From a virus: DNA of 64,000 nucleotides. Location: IMG/VR virus record IMGVR_UViG_3300020469_004256, positions 5,590 through 69,589 of that record. One strand, 5' to 3'. The notes below the pieces were generated by a model, which worked only from the letters and a program-made list of their open reading frames with translations, did no database searches and was not told the origin of the DNA. Positions within the stretch are counted from its first letter, which is position 1; the number at the start of each line of letters is the position of its first letter. Below are positions 55,616-64,000 of the stretch, one piece after another. Position numbers and translations under genes: made by a program.

Positions 55616-58326
55616 GCTGACTCAAATAAACTTTCAAATACTGTTGATGTTTTTGTTGATTCTAAATCCCAACCAAGTTCACTCATTAAGTTACTGACTT
55701 TTTGATCAATGATTGATTGTTCCATACCATCATGATCAAATGGCAATTCTTTAAACCATTTTGGAATATTTAATTCATCAATTGGATATGCAATAGATGT
55801 AAAGTTCATTGGGTTTGCTTTTAATTTACACACAATAACCTTTTGTCCATCCATAATTGGCAATGAATATAAATCTTTGTAAGCACTACGCATTGAATTC
55901 CAATTAATACTTGCTCTTACGTGTCCTGGCATCACTGGTTTTTTGATCTTGCCATTTGCACCACCATTAGCCATACGTGATGTAGCACGTTTGTATTTTT
56001 CAATATCTTGTACATATTTGGTTAAGTTGTTTACACGTTTTGGAGTGCCTTTTTCCCAACCAGGTCTGTCTGCGAACTTGCGTTTGAATTCTTGTATTGC
56101 TGTTAATATTTCTTTCTTGTCAACACCTGTTAAAACTTGTAATAATATGTCTGATAAAAAGTCTTGTACAAAGTCAGGAGTATCAGATCTTTTCAAATCA
56201 AGACCCATTGCTTTTAGTTTACCTGGCTTGTCAACATCTTGCCTGTTGCCTTCTAAATCATATATCAATGCCGCATATCTTTTCTTTGTGATAAACAATC
56301 CTTTTGATGCAACCATTTCTCTACCACCTTTGATAATCTCACCATTTTCACGTGGCACATTAGTTGCTTTCATCATAAATGGCGGAAATGATTTGTTCAC
56401 TTCTTCTGCTATGCTGTCATACAATTCAATAACACTGTCTTTAGTCCATGGTATTTTACCACTTTTAACATCTTCTTTAACCATTGGATATGCTGAAAAG
56501 TATACAGAGTCTGTATCACCATATATGATTGACTTGCCTACGTGATCATATTCGCCTGTCATTATTTGATTTGTGATTGCACCCATGTGTTTTGTGATTG
56601 TTCTACCTGTAAGTGTGACTGACTGTCCTATACGTTGATCAAAGAATCTACAGCCTGGATTAAGAATAGCACCATACAAACTGTTCAAGTTAATCTTTTT
56701 AACAAGTTGTCGTTTATCCCAAAATTCTATTTGTTCTTTATCGCCACTTGCAATTGCTTCACGCATTTTACCTTGCAATACTTTTCTTTCTGCAAACCAT
56801 GTTTCTAATAGTCCAGGAATAACTGCTTTTGTGGTTGTGTTGAATATTGTGCCATTTGCTGATAAGCACCAACCTTGATTCTGATGAAATACAATTGCAT
56901 ATACTTCTGCTCCACTCATTTGTTCTGTTGTTCCATCTTCAAAGTCAACAATAATTTCTACTCCGCGATCTTGTTCCATCACTGCTGTGTACTCAATTGT
57001 ACCAAACATACCTTCCCAAGCATCTGCGGCTGACTTCTTTTCATTGTGGATTTTATTGTTAATATATTTTTCTGTGTGCGTTGGTCTTAACTGTCCAACT
57101 ATAGTTTCCGGACCCATGTTCAAGCATCTAATCACACTAGGATACAGTGAATTAATATCAATTGATGCAATCCAGTCATGCAAACCTTTTTTAGGCTTTG
57201 CCACATAGGCTCCAACTGCCGCACCTGATGAGTGTGGTTCTCTGTATGGTCTATTTGGAATAATAAGTCCACGTTTGTGTGCTTCATTTACAATTGCTTG
57301 TTCTGTTTGTGCAACTGCACCCATTGTGGTTTGTAGCAATACAGTATTAGAATGTGCTAACACATTTGCTAGATCAATAAATTTTAATTTGTCATCAAGT
57401 TTTGATAGTAGTGCAACGTCTTGTCTTGAATATGCAATAAACTTTTCAAAGTCTTCATTGTAAAGTTGATCAAGCGTTCCTTCATATGGAACTTTCTTTT
57501 CATTAACTTCATACTCACCAATTGCATCAAGTCTATATGAATGCATTTCGTGATATGTGTATTTTCTATACAGTTCTAAATAATCTAAATGTACACGACC
57601 AAAGAAATCAAATGTTTGTTGTTCATTGCCAAACTTTGTAAACATTCTTTCACGTGGATAAAGATCCCATAAACTAAAACGTCTAACATCATCCTTGCTT
57701 AACACCATTTCAGTTCTGTTTACAATGTATGGAATATCAAAACCTTCTGAGTTCCAACCACTTAATATATCTGCATCTTCAATTAGATGTAAAAATGTGT
57801 TTAGTAGTTGAGCTTCTGTTTCACACAACACAGTATTGTCAAACTTTTTAGAAATTTCATCTGCCATTTCAAATGGCATATCTTTTGGAGCAAGGCATAG
57901 TGTGATTAAACTATCTAACCAATTAAGATGTACACTGATTGCTGTGATACGTTGATGTGGATCATTTGGTCTTGCAAATCCACGATCCTTGTCAAAGTCT
58001 ACCTCAATATCAAACAGTGCTACATGTAGTTTTGGGGCTTCTTTTTCAATATAGTTTTCTTCTAAACATCTAAACACAGGATTGAGATCTGCTTCATACA
58101 GTCTTTGTCCTTCATACATTTTCTTTTCTTTTTGAAATGATTTGTTGTTTAACGTTTCAAACTTACTTAATGGACGATCATGTATCGACGTGTATTCTCC
58201 ATCATTATCTTCATAATAGAATCTATAAGTTGTTGGAAACGTTTTGTATATACGTTTGCCATCAATACGTTCTACTATATTGATTTGATCTCTATCTCTA
58301 TTTAAATATGCGTCTACGTAACTCAT
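55612..58326 (-). CDS. family B DNA polymerase with 3'-5' exonuclease
   Basis: FDIE, WNSEGFDIPY, DINSLYPS, KINLNSLYG, YGDTDS, KKRYA. Confidence 0.97.
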   Translation of the reverse strand: MSYVDAYLNRDRDQINIVERIDGKRIYKTFPTTYRFYYEDNDGEYTSIHDRPLSKFETLNNKSFQKEKKMYEGQRLYEADLNPVFRCLEENYIEKEAPKLHVALFDIEVDFDKDRGFARPNDPHQRITAISVHLNWLDSLITLCLAPKDMPFEMADEISKKFDNTVLCETEAQLLNTFLHLIEDADILSGWNSEGFDIPYIVNRTEMVLSKDDVRRFSLWDLYPRERMFTKFGNEQQTFDFFGRVHLDYLELYRKYTYHEMHSYRLDAIGEYEVNEKKVPYEGTLDQLYNEDFEKFIAYSRQDVALLSKLDDKLKFIDLANVLAHSNTVLLQTTMGAVAQTEQAIVNEAHKRGLIIPNRPYREPHSSGAAVGAYVAKPKKGLHDWIASIDINSLYPSVIRCLNMGPETIVGQLRPTHTEKYINNKIHNEKKSAADAWEGMFGTIEYTAVMEQDRGVEIIVDFEDGTTEQMSGAEVYAIVFHQNQGWCLSANGTIFNTTTKAVIPGLLETWFAERKVLQGKMREAIASGDKEQIEFWDKRQLVKKINLNSLYGAILNPGCRFFDQRIGQSVTLTGRTITKHMGAITNQIMTGEYDHVGKSIIYGDTDSVYFSAYPMVKEDVKSGKIPWTKDSVIELYDSIAEEVNKSFPPFMMKATNVPRENGEIIKGGREMVASKGLFITKKRYAALIYDLEGNRQDVDKPGKLKAMGLDLKRSDTPDFVQDFLSDILLQVLTGVDKKEILTAIQEFKRKFADRPGWEKGTPKRVNNLTKYVQDIEKYKRATSRMANGGANGKIKKPVMPGHVRASINWNSMRSAYKDLYSLPIMDGQKVIVCKLKANPMNFTSIAYPIDELNIPKWFKELPFDHDGMEQSIIDQKVSNLMSELGWDLESTKTSTVFESLFESA

Positions 58327-59351
58327 TCAACATACACCTGGCCAAATTTATTGCTAATAAAAGTTTTCCAATCAACATCTTCTTGTTTGATAAAACCTTC
58401 ACCTGTAAGTTCATCCCTACAGTATGATACTATATTAGCACAAACTCCAGATGCTGTCGACCTCTGAATTGCACTCATACCATCTTTTCCAAAGATATTT
58501 TTTTGGTATGACTTTTCTAACAATTTACCGTTCTTAATTCCAATCACTTTGATCAACATAACCACAACATCTTCTGTAGTATATGGAACTGTTTGATCAA
58601 GCAAGTCACCTATTTTGTCTTTGTTGCTTTTTAAGTTTAAATCTTGTAATAAGAAATTCATTTTATCTCTGTGTCCGGGATATCTAATCGTTTTGTAACT
58701 TAAAGTTTTAACTTTACCATCAAACGTTTCACACATTGTTGCTACTCCACCTGAAGTATTAAATGCTTCATATCTTCTGCCATCGATGTATATTCTTTCT
58801 ACTCCGTCCAATGGTGGTATCTTTAGTTTCTTGCCATCTGCAATTACATCACACAAATTACAGTACTCGTTTATCAAACCATTTGTTGACCATGTTAGAT
58901 AATAACTCATTTCGTTTGAAGGATAACGTGGTAATGCACCAACTCTCATTTGTACGTCATGTGCTTCGTCAAAATCTCTAATTAAATCACTTCCAATAAT
59001 GTTTACTGCACCAGGAGCCAAACCACACTGAGGCATCATAAAAGTTTTGGTATCTAAATTTTTAATATAGTCAGTTACTTCAACATCTTCTGTTAAATCA
59101 AAATATGCTACTCCCATTTTTGAAGCCACATTAGCAATTAATTTATTTAAATAATAAGGTGCCGCAGAACATACAGCATCTTTGTTTGTTAAAAAATGTT
59201 CTAGTTGTTTTTCGTCAGTTGCATCTAGTGAAACAACTCCATTACTTGCTATTGAATCTCCTATTACAACATTATAATTTTCTGATCGTAGTAAACTAGC
59301 GATAACTCTACCAATCTTTCCGTTTCCTATAACTGCTACATTATTTTTCAT
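58323..59351 (-). CDS. saccharopine dehydrogenase-like / lysine 6-dehydrogenase family oxidoreductase
   Basis: GNGKIG, YFDLTED, QCGLAPG, RVGALP, TWS..GLINEY, FNTSGG, TIRYPGH. Confidence 0.9.
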   Translation of the reverse strand: MKNNVAVIGNGKIGRVIASLLRSENYNVVIGDSIASNGVVSLDATDEKQLEHFLTNKDAVCSAAPYYLNKLIANVASKMGVAYFDLTEDVEVTDYIKNLDTKTFMMPQCGLAPGAVNIIGSDLIRDFDEAHDVQMRVGALPRYPSNEMSYYLTWSTNGLINEYCNLCDVIADGKKLKIPPLDGVERIYIDGRRYEAFNTSGGVATMCETFDGKVKTLSYKTIRYPGHRDKMNFLLQDLNLKSNKDKIGDLLDQTVPYTTEDVVVMLIKVIGIKNGKLLEKSYQKNIFGKDGMSAIQRSTASGVCANIVSYCRDELTGEGFIKQEDVDWKTFISNKFGQVYVE

Positions 59352-59354
59352 ATA

Positions 59355-59663
59355 CTATTTTTTCTTTTTAACCTTTTTTGTTTTCTTTTTAAGACCATAT
59401 GCTTCGGCTAATTTATCTGGTTCCATTCCATCAACTGATATAATTTTGTCCATTTTAATATCTTTCCATTTACCATCTACATTTGATCGTGCATGAAAAA
59501 ATGGAACTCCATTTGTAGTGTCAATACTGTCAATTGTAAAACTACCAGTTTTATCTACAGTTCCACCACCGCCAAATGCTGGAGCACAATACCATGCACT
59601 GACTTCTGTTTCTTGTTTGATTATATTTCTTTTAATTAGTTCTTTTCCGATCGCTTGATCCAT
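59355..59663 (-). CDS. hypothetical protein (likely start MDQAIG)
   Basis: ORF track 59355..59756; an upstream small ORF occupies the 5' part. Confidence 0.7.
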   Translation of the reverse strand: MDQAIGKELIKRNIIKQETEVSAWYCAPAFGGGGTVDKTGSFTIDSIDTTNGVPFFHARSNVDGKWKDIKMDKIISVDGMEPDKLAEAYGLKKKTKKVKKKK

Positions 59664-59773
59664 ATTTCTCGCTTTCTTTTTTCTTGTTGCTTTGCTGTAC
59701 TGTATCCAATTAAAAATGACACTGCTATTACAGTACAAATAGCCAGTAGATGCCAAATAACAAAATTACTCAT
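59636..59773 (-). CDS. 45-aa single-TM peptide absent from the track (MSNFVIWHLLAICTVIAVSFLIGY...)
   Basis: Manual translation; TAATG coupling. Confidence 0.55.
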   Translation of the reverse strand: MSNFVIWHLLAICTVIAVSFLIGYSTAKQQEKRKREIWIKRSEKN

Positions 59774-60378
59774 TAGTTTACCTTCCTAAATTGATCAAAT
59801 GTAATTGCTGATTCAATCTTTATAATATGACTGCTTAGAGCAAGTTTACATAACATTACATCATCATGATCTGTTAAGTATAAAACAGGATTACACCAAT
59901 ATGATCTCCATCTTTCTTTTTCTTTAATTAACTGATGTAGTGAAGATCCAAATCTAAATCGCTGTGGATCTCTGTCTGCAAAAAAACTTTCAAACCAATT
60001 AACTGCTTTATCAATATCTGTATGGCAACCAAATGTAATTTTATAAGGATATCTATTCCAAAACATTCTATTTCTAGTTACAGTATCTTTATTTTGCATT
60101 AAATATTCATAATGCTTTTTGTTTAATGGTTCATGAACTTGCATTACCCATTTACCAAATTTATCTGCAACATACTCTAGATCTTTTCTTTTTTTAAAGA
60201 ACAATTGTATTTTCCTATCATGTCGCATTTGATATTCATTTGTTGGTAGTGTTTTTAACCATTCAAGCATTTTTCTCATGTTTCCATAATACTCATCTGC
60301 ATCAAACGACTCATGAGTTATCACTGCTTTGTATGGAAATTTACCGTAGAATAATTTTGTTGTTGTTTCAAATTGCAT
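59773..60378 (-). CDS. hypothetical phage protein with internal two-fold repeat
   Basis: KLFYGKFPYK and RMFWNRYPYK repeats. Confidence 0.8.
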   Translation of the reverse strand: MQFETTTKLFYGKFPYKAVITHESFDADEYYGNMRKMLEWLKTLPTNEYQMRHDRKIQLFFKKRKDLEYVADKFGKWVMQVHEPLNKKHYEYLMQNKDTVTRNRMFWNRYPYKITFGCHTDIDKAVNWFESFFADRDPQRFRFGSSLHQLIKEKERWRSYWCNPVLYLTDHDDVMLCKLALSSHIIKIESAITFDQFRKVN

Positions 60379-62606
60379 TATTGTTGATATTCTAATTCTA
60401 ACTTATTGTTTACTGCTTTAACTATTACTGTACCACCGTTGATTAATTTACCAAACAGTATTTCTTTTGATAGTGGACGTTTAACACTTTGATCAAATAT
60501 TCTCTGCATTGGTCTTGCACCCATTGACGGGTCAAATCCTTCGTCAGCAATCCACTGTGCCGCTGTGTCATCAAGTACTACAATAACATTTTTATCTTTA
60601 AGCATTGCATTTGTTTCATCTTTAACTTTGTGTACAATTTTTAAAATATTATCTTTTGATAATTTGTTAAACTGTATTGTTGCATCAAGTCTGTTTCTAA
60701 ACTCAGGTGCAAAGAAGTCTTTTACATAATCATCCGTTTTGTTTACTGAGTCAGGAACCCCAATACCCATCGGTGGTTTTTCACTTGCTTGTGCACCTAA
60801 GTTAGAAGTTAAACACAAAATAACTTTGTTGAACATCACAGTTTTACCTGTTGATGATGTTAGTTTACCGTCATCCATTACTTGTAATAATACTTGTAAT
60901 ACTTCTGGTGCTGATTTTTCAACCTCATCAAGTAGCAATACACAGTTTGGATTATCTTCTACATCATTGATCAGTTGTCCTGATCCAATTGAACCTTCTG
61001 CGTAACCTACATACCCTGGAGGTGCACCAATTAATTTTGATACTGAATGTCGTTCTTGGTATTCTGACATATCATATTTTAATAATTTAATACCTAGTGA
61101 ATCTGCTAATTGTCTACACACTTCTGTTTTACCAACTCCTGTTGGACCTACAAATAAGTATGATCCAATTGGCTTGTTATCTGGTCTTAATCCTGCCTTT
61201 GCAATCATAATAGAATCAACTAGTTTTTCAATTGCTTCATTTTGCCCATACACTTTTGTTTTGACTTTGCCTTCTAGTCCAGCATAGTTGTCAGTTTGTT
61301 TTTCATCAATGACGTCCATAGGAACATTTGAAATTTTACTTACTTGCTGTTGTATCATATGCTTTGTGACTGATGGTGCCTGTGCCAATTTTGCTTTTGC
61401 ACCTGCGGCATCAATAACATCAATTGCTTTATCTGGTAAAAACTTATTGTGTATGAACCTATCTGCAAGATCAACTGCCAAGTCCACACATCCTTCGTCA
61501 TATTTTGCTTGGTGAAACTTTTCATAGTATGTAAGGATACCGTTTAATATTAATTTTGCATCTGTTTTAGTTGGTTCACCTAAATCTAATCTTTGGAAAC
61601 GTCTCATTAATGCACGATCCTTTTCAAAGTTTTCTCTATACTCTTCAATTGTTGTTGTACCGATACACAATAGTTTACCTTTTGCAAGTATTGGTTTCAA
61701 CAATGTACCAAAATCCATATTTGATTGTCCGGCACTACCTGCACCCATAATCATATGTACCTCATCAATGAATAATATAACATCTTTCTTTTTTTGTAAT
61801 TTTTCTAATACTACTTTTGCACGTTCTTCAAAGTCACCTCTAAATTTTGTACCTGCTACCAATGACGCAACGTCTAGTGAGTAAACTGTTTTATCTTTGA
61901 TTGCATCTGGAACTTGTTTATCTATAATTTTCTTTGCAATACCTTCTGCAATTGCTGTTTTACCAACACCAGGTTCACCAACAACAATACAATTATTCTT
62001 TTTACGTCTTGCAAGAATATGCACAATATCATCAAGTTCTGGTTCTCTACCAATTAGTGTATCAATTCGACCTTGTTCTGCTTCTTTGTTTAAATCTGTA
62101 CAGTAATCTTCAAAACGTATTCCGCCACCAGGTTCACCACCTTGCTGTCTTTCTTGTAATCCAACATCTTCTCCATATCTTTCTTTTGTAAGTTGTTCAA
62201 TTACGTTTTGTCTTGTAACTTTGTTCTTCTTTAAAAAGTATAATGCATGACTATTTTTTTCACTTAACAAACTAACAAAAATATCTTTAACTGTTAGTTT
62301 CTTTCTACCAGAAAATATAACCTGTGTTACTGCTCTGTTGAATACTCTCTCAAGGGCTGATGTTTTACGTGGAGCATCTGTTGACTCGACTACAATGTCT
62401 TTTAATTTTTGATCTAAATATTCTGAACAGTCAATCATAACCTGCTCAATATCGCCATCAACATCTGTAATCAATGTTTGTATTTCTTTTTCATTTGACA
62501 ACGCCAACAACAAGTGTTCAAGAACCACATATTCGTGACTTCGTTCACGAGCATATTCCATTGCTGTATCTAGTACGGATTCTATTGGATCATATTCTTC
62601 AGCCAT
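60378..62606 (-). CDS. clpA: ATP-dependent Clp protease ATPase subunit ClpA
   Basis: N-domain HEYVVLEHLL; two AAA modules GEPGVGKT and GPTGVGKT; no M-domain; MGIG ClpP-docking-like loop; PEFRNRLD. Confidence 0.93.
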   Translation of the reverse strand: MAEEYDPIESVLDTAMEYARERSHEYVVLEHLLLALSNEKEIQTLITDVDGDIEQVMIDCSEYLDQKLKDIVVESTDAPRKTSALERVFNRAVTQVIFSGRKKLTVKDIFVSLLSEKNSHALYFLKKNKVTRQNVIEQLTKERYGEDVGLQERQQGGEPGGGIRFEDYCTDLNKEAEQGRIDTLIGREPELDDIVHILARRKKNNCIVVGEPGVGKTAIAEGIAKKIIDKQVPDAIKDKTVYSLDVASLVAGTKFRGDFEERAKVVLEKLQKKKDVILFIDEVHMIMGAGSAGQSNMDFGTLLKPILAKGKLLCIGTTTIEEYRENFEKDRALMRRFQRLDLGEPTKTDAKLILNGILTYYEKFHQAKYDEGCVDLAVDLADRFIHNKFLPDKAIDVIDAAGAKAKLAQAPSVTKHMIQQQVSKISNVPMDVIDEKQTDNYAGLEGKVKTKVYGQNEAIEKLVDSIMIAKAGLRPDNKPIGSYLFVGPTGVGKTEVCRQLADSLGIKLLKYDMSEYQERHSVSKLIGAPPGYVGYAEGSIGSGQLINDVEDNPNCVLLLDEVEKSAPEVLQVLLQVMDDGKLTSSTGKTVMFNKVILCLTSNLGAQASEKPPMGIGVPDSVNKTDDYVKDFFAPEFRNRLDATIQFNKLSKDNILKIVHKVKDETNAMLKDKNVIVVLDDTAAQWIADEGFDPSMGARPMQRIFDQSVKRPLSKEILFGKLINGGTVIVKAVNNKLELEYQQ

Positions 62607-63087
62607 TGTGCTTTACCCTCTTATCTCTCTTTTTTATCGCCATATTAAGTTTCAGTTTAGAAACCAACTCATCAAATGTAACCCCATTTAAGTGATCAGT
62701 TTCATGTTGAAAAACTCTACTCATCATTCCTTCAAGTTTTTCGTTTACTGTCTCTCCATTATTATTTACATATTCTACAACAACATTAAGTGGACGTAGA
62801 ACTTTTAAAAACAAACCAGGAAAACTTAAACAACCTTCTGTCATTAACACTTGTTCTTTACTTGTTTCAATAATCTTTGGATTAACTGCTAGTTTATACC
62901 GTGTTTTATCTCCAACAATAAAGAAACTTTTATCAATACCTACTTGCGGAGCCGCAAGACCAACACCATTGTTTTGTGACATAACTGTATGCATTTGTTC
63001 TGCTAATTGTACTACATTATCCATGTCTTCGTCAACACTTATCGTAGGTTTCTTTAATATATCTGCTGGTGCATAAACTAGTTTCAT
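62599..63087 (-). CDS. def: peptide deformylase
   Basis: GVGLAAPQ, EGCLS, QHETDHLNG. Confidence 0.96.
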   Translation of the reverse strand: MKLVYAPADILKKPTISVDEDMDNVVQLAEQMHTVMSQNNGVGLAAPQVGIDKSFFIVGDKTRYKLAVNPKIIETSKEQVLMTEGCLSFPGLFLKVLRPLNVVVEYVNNNGETVNEKLEGMMSRVFQHETDHLNGVTFDELVSKLKLNMAIKKRDKRVKHNG

Positions 63088-63956
63088 TAACCTTTGTCCT
63101 TAATTTGTTTGATTAAATCTTTTTGTTCGTCTGTTAAATTTTTTGGCATTTTATAATTTAATTTAATATATAAGTTTCCATGTGTACCGTTGTTGAGTGC
63201 CATACCTTTGCCCTTTACTCTAACAATATCATCTGGCTGTGTTAACGGTGGTATTGTTACTGCTATTATATTATCAAAATGCTGTAAGTCAACCTTTGTT
63301 CCTAATAATGCATCAAAAATATTCACGTCTAAGTTTGTAAGCAGATCATTTCCTTTTTTAGTAAAGTTTTTATGTGCATTTATATTTAGAACTGCATATA
63401 AATCTCCTGGCCTTAAATCTTCATATTGCTTTGAACCTAGACCAGTAAATTTAATTTGTGTTCCACTATCGCAGGCTTTTGGTATATGTATTTTTACGTT
63501 TTGATTTGATCCATCTGGTGTTTTAATTATTACTTCTTTTGTATTACCATGATAAACATCTTCCAGTGACACTGACAAACTAATTCGTATGTCTTGATTA
63601 CGCAAAGGTTTTGTCTGTCTTTGTCTAAAAGTTTGACGCATGTTAGGACCACCAAAGAACTGCTCAAACATATTGCCAAAACCATCTGTGTCGATTATGA
63701 TGTCATCAACGCCGCCGCCAAAATTAAAAGGACCTTGGCCACCTTGTGCTCCAAAACGTCTTTCTATGTCATACTGTTGACGTTTTTTATCATCACTTAA
63801 TGTGTTGTTGGCTTCATTAACTTTTTTAAATTCTGTATCATTGCCACCATTAAGGTCAGGATGGTGTTGTTTGGCCAACTTTTTGTAGGCTCTTTTGATC
63901 TCATCTTGAGATGCTTGTTCTGGTACACCTAGTGTTTTGTAATGATCCTGACTCAT
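63087..63956 (-). CDS. DnaJ-class co-chaperone, type II/CbpA-like, no Zn finger
   Basis: J-domain HPD, G/F-rich linker, C-terminal GDLY domain. Confidence 0.93.
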   Translation of the reverse strand: MSQDHYKTLGVPEQASQDEIKRAYKKLAKQHHPDLNGGNDTEFKKVNEANNTLSDDKKRQQYDIERRFGAQGGQGPFNFGGGVDDIIIDTDGFGNMFEQFFGGPNMRQTFRQRQTKPLRNQDIRISLSVSLEDVYHGNTKEVIIKTPDGSNQNVKIHIPKACDSGTQIKFTGLGSKQYEDLRPGDLYAVLNINAHKNFTKKGNDLLTNLDVNIFDALLGTKVDLQHFDNIIAVTIPPLTQPDDIVRVKGKGMALNNGTHGNLYIKLNYKMPKNLTDEQKDLIKQIKDKG

Positions 63957-63962
63957 TGTTTA

Positions 63963-63990
63963 AGTATACAATAGATTAGTATAAAGTCAA
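63963..63990 (-). promoter_or_regulatory. sigma70-like promoter TTGACT-16-TATACT
   Basis: Immediately upstream of the dnaJ-like ATG. Confidence 0.5.
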
Positions 63991-64000
63991 GTATTATTTA

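Noticed and set aside
55943-56545. 200-aa antisense ORF inside the polymerase gene, and other short nested track ORFs
   Set aside because: Fully nested in confident genes, with no independent signals.
55612-58326. Intron or intein in the polymerase
   Set aside because: Continuous 904-aa ORF with normally spaced motifs.
1-64000. Eukaryotic giant virus or bacterial chromosome origin, suggested by PolB, SET, desaturases and ClpA
   Set aside because: Shine-Dalgarno sites, sigma70 and T4-late promoters, fibre, endolysin-like peptidase and DsbA-like genes indicate a tailed bacteriophage.
1-64000. Stop-codon reassignment, selenoproteins or tRNA genes
   Set aside because: Conserved genes are full length and end in TAA, TAG or TGA. 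No cloverleaf was seen in intergenic gaps by eye; tRNAscan was not run.

Overview
This is a 64 kb, AT-rich, gene-dense segment of a large tailed phage genome, T4-like or jumbo, read with the standard genetic code and mostly on the minus strand. A marine origin and alphaproteobacterial host are inferred from gene content. From right to left there are five blocks. (1) A proteostasis block: DnaJ, peptide deformylase, ClpA. (2) A replication and DNA-modification block: family-B DNA polymerase, sliding clamp, a TGT/DpdA-like transglycosylase, MazG and a QueD-like enzyme. (3) Lysis and virion genes: M15A peptidase, subtilase, a 1768-aa repeat-built fibre. (4) An early region with a MoxR-like AAA+ ATPase and a VWA-metallopeptidase behind identical 37-bp promoters. 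(5) A ~26 kb accessory enzyme island. The island holds 7 of the window's 8 radical SAM enzymes, 5 of its 6 Fe(II)/2OG-type oxygenases, a carbamoyltransferase, a PLP enzyme, SET and GNAT transferases and two desaturases. It also encodes its own electron supply (flavodoxin and ferredoxin-NADP reductase) and a coupled BtuM/BtuB-like cobalamin uptake unit next to a B12-dependent radical SAM enzyme. Non-coding highlights are a glutamine-I (glnA) riboswitch-like element before an unannotated 51-aa basic peptide, a 3' hairpin whose loop is complementary to its own gene's RBS, and T4-type late promoters embedded in hairpins that occlude translation starts. All calls rest on motif recognition by eye; no searches were run.
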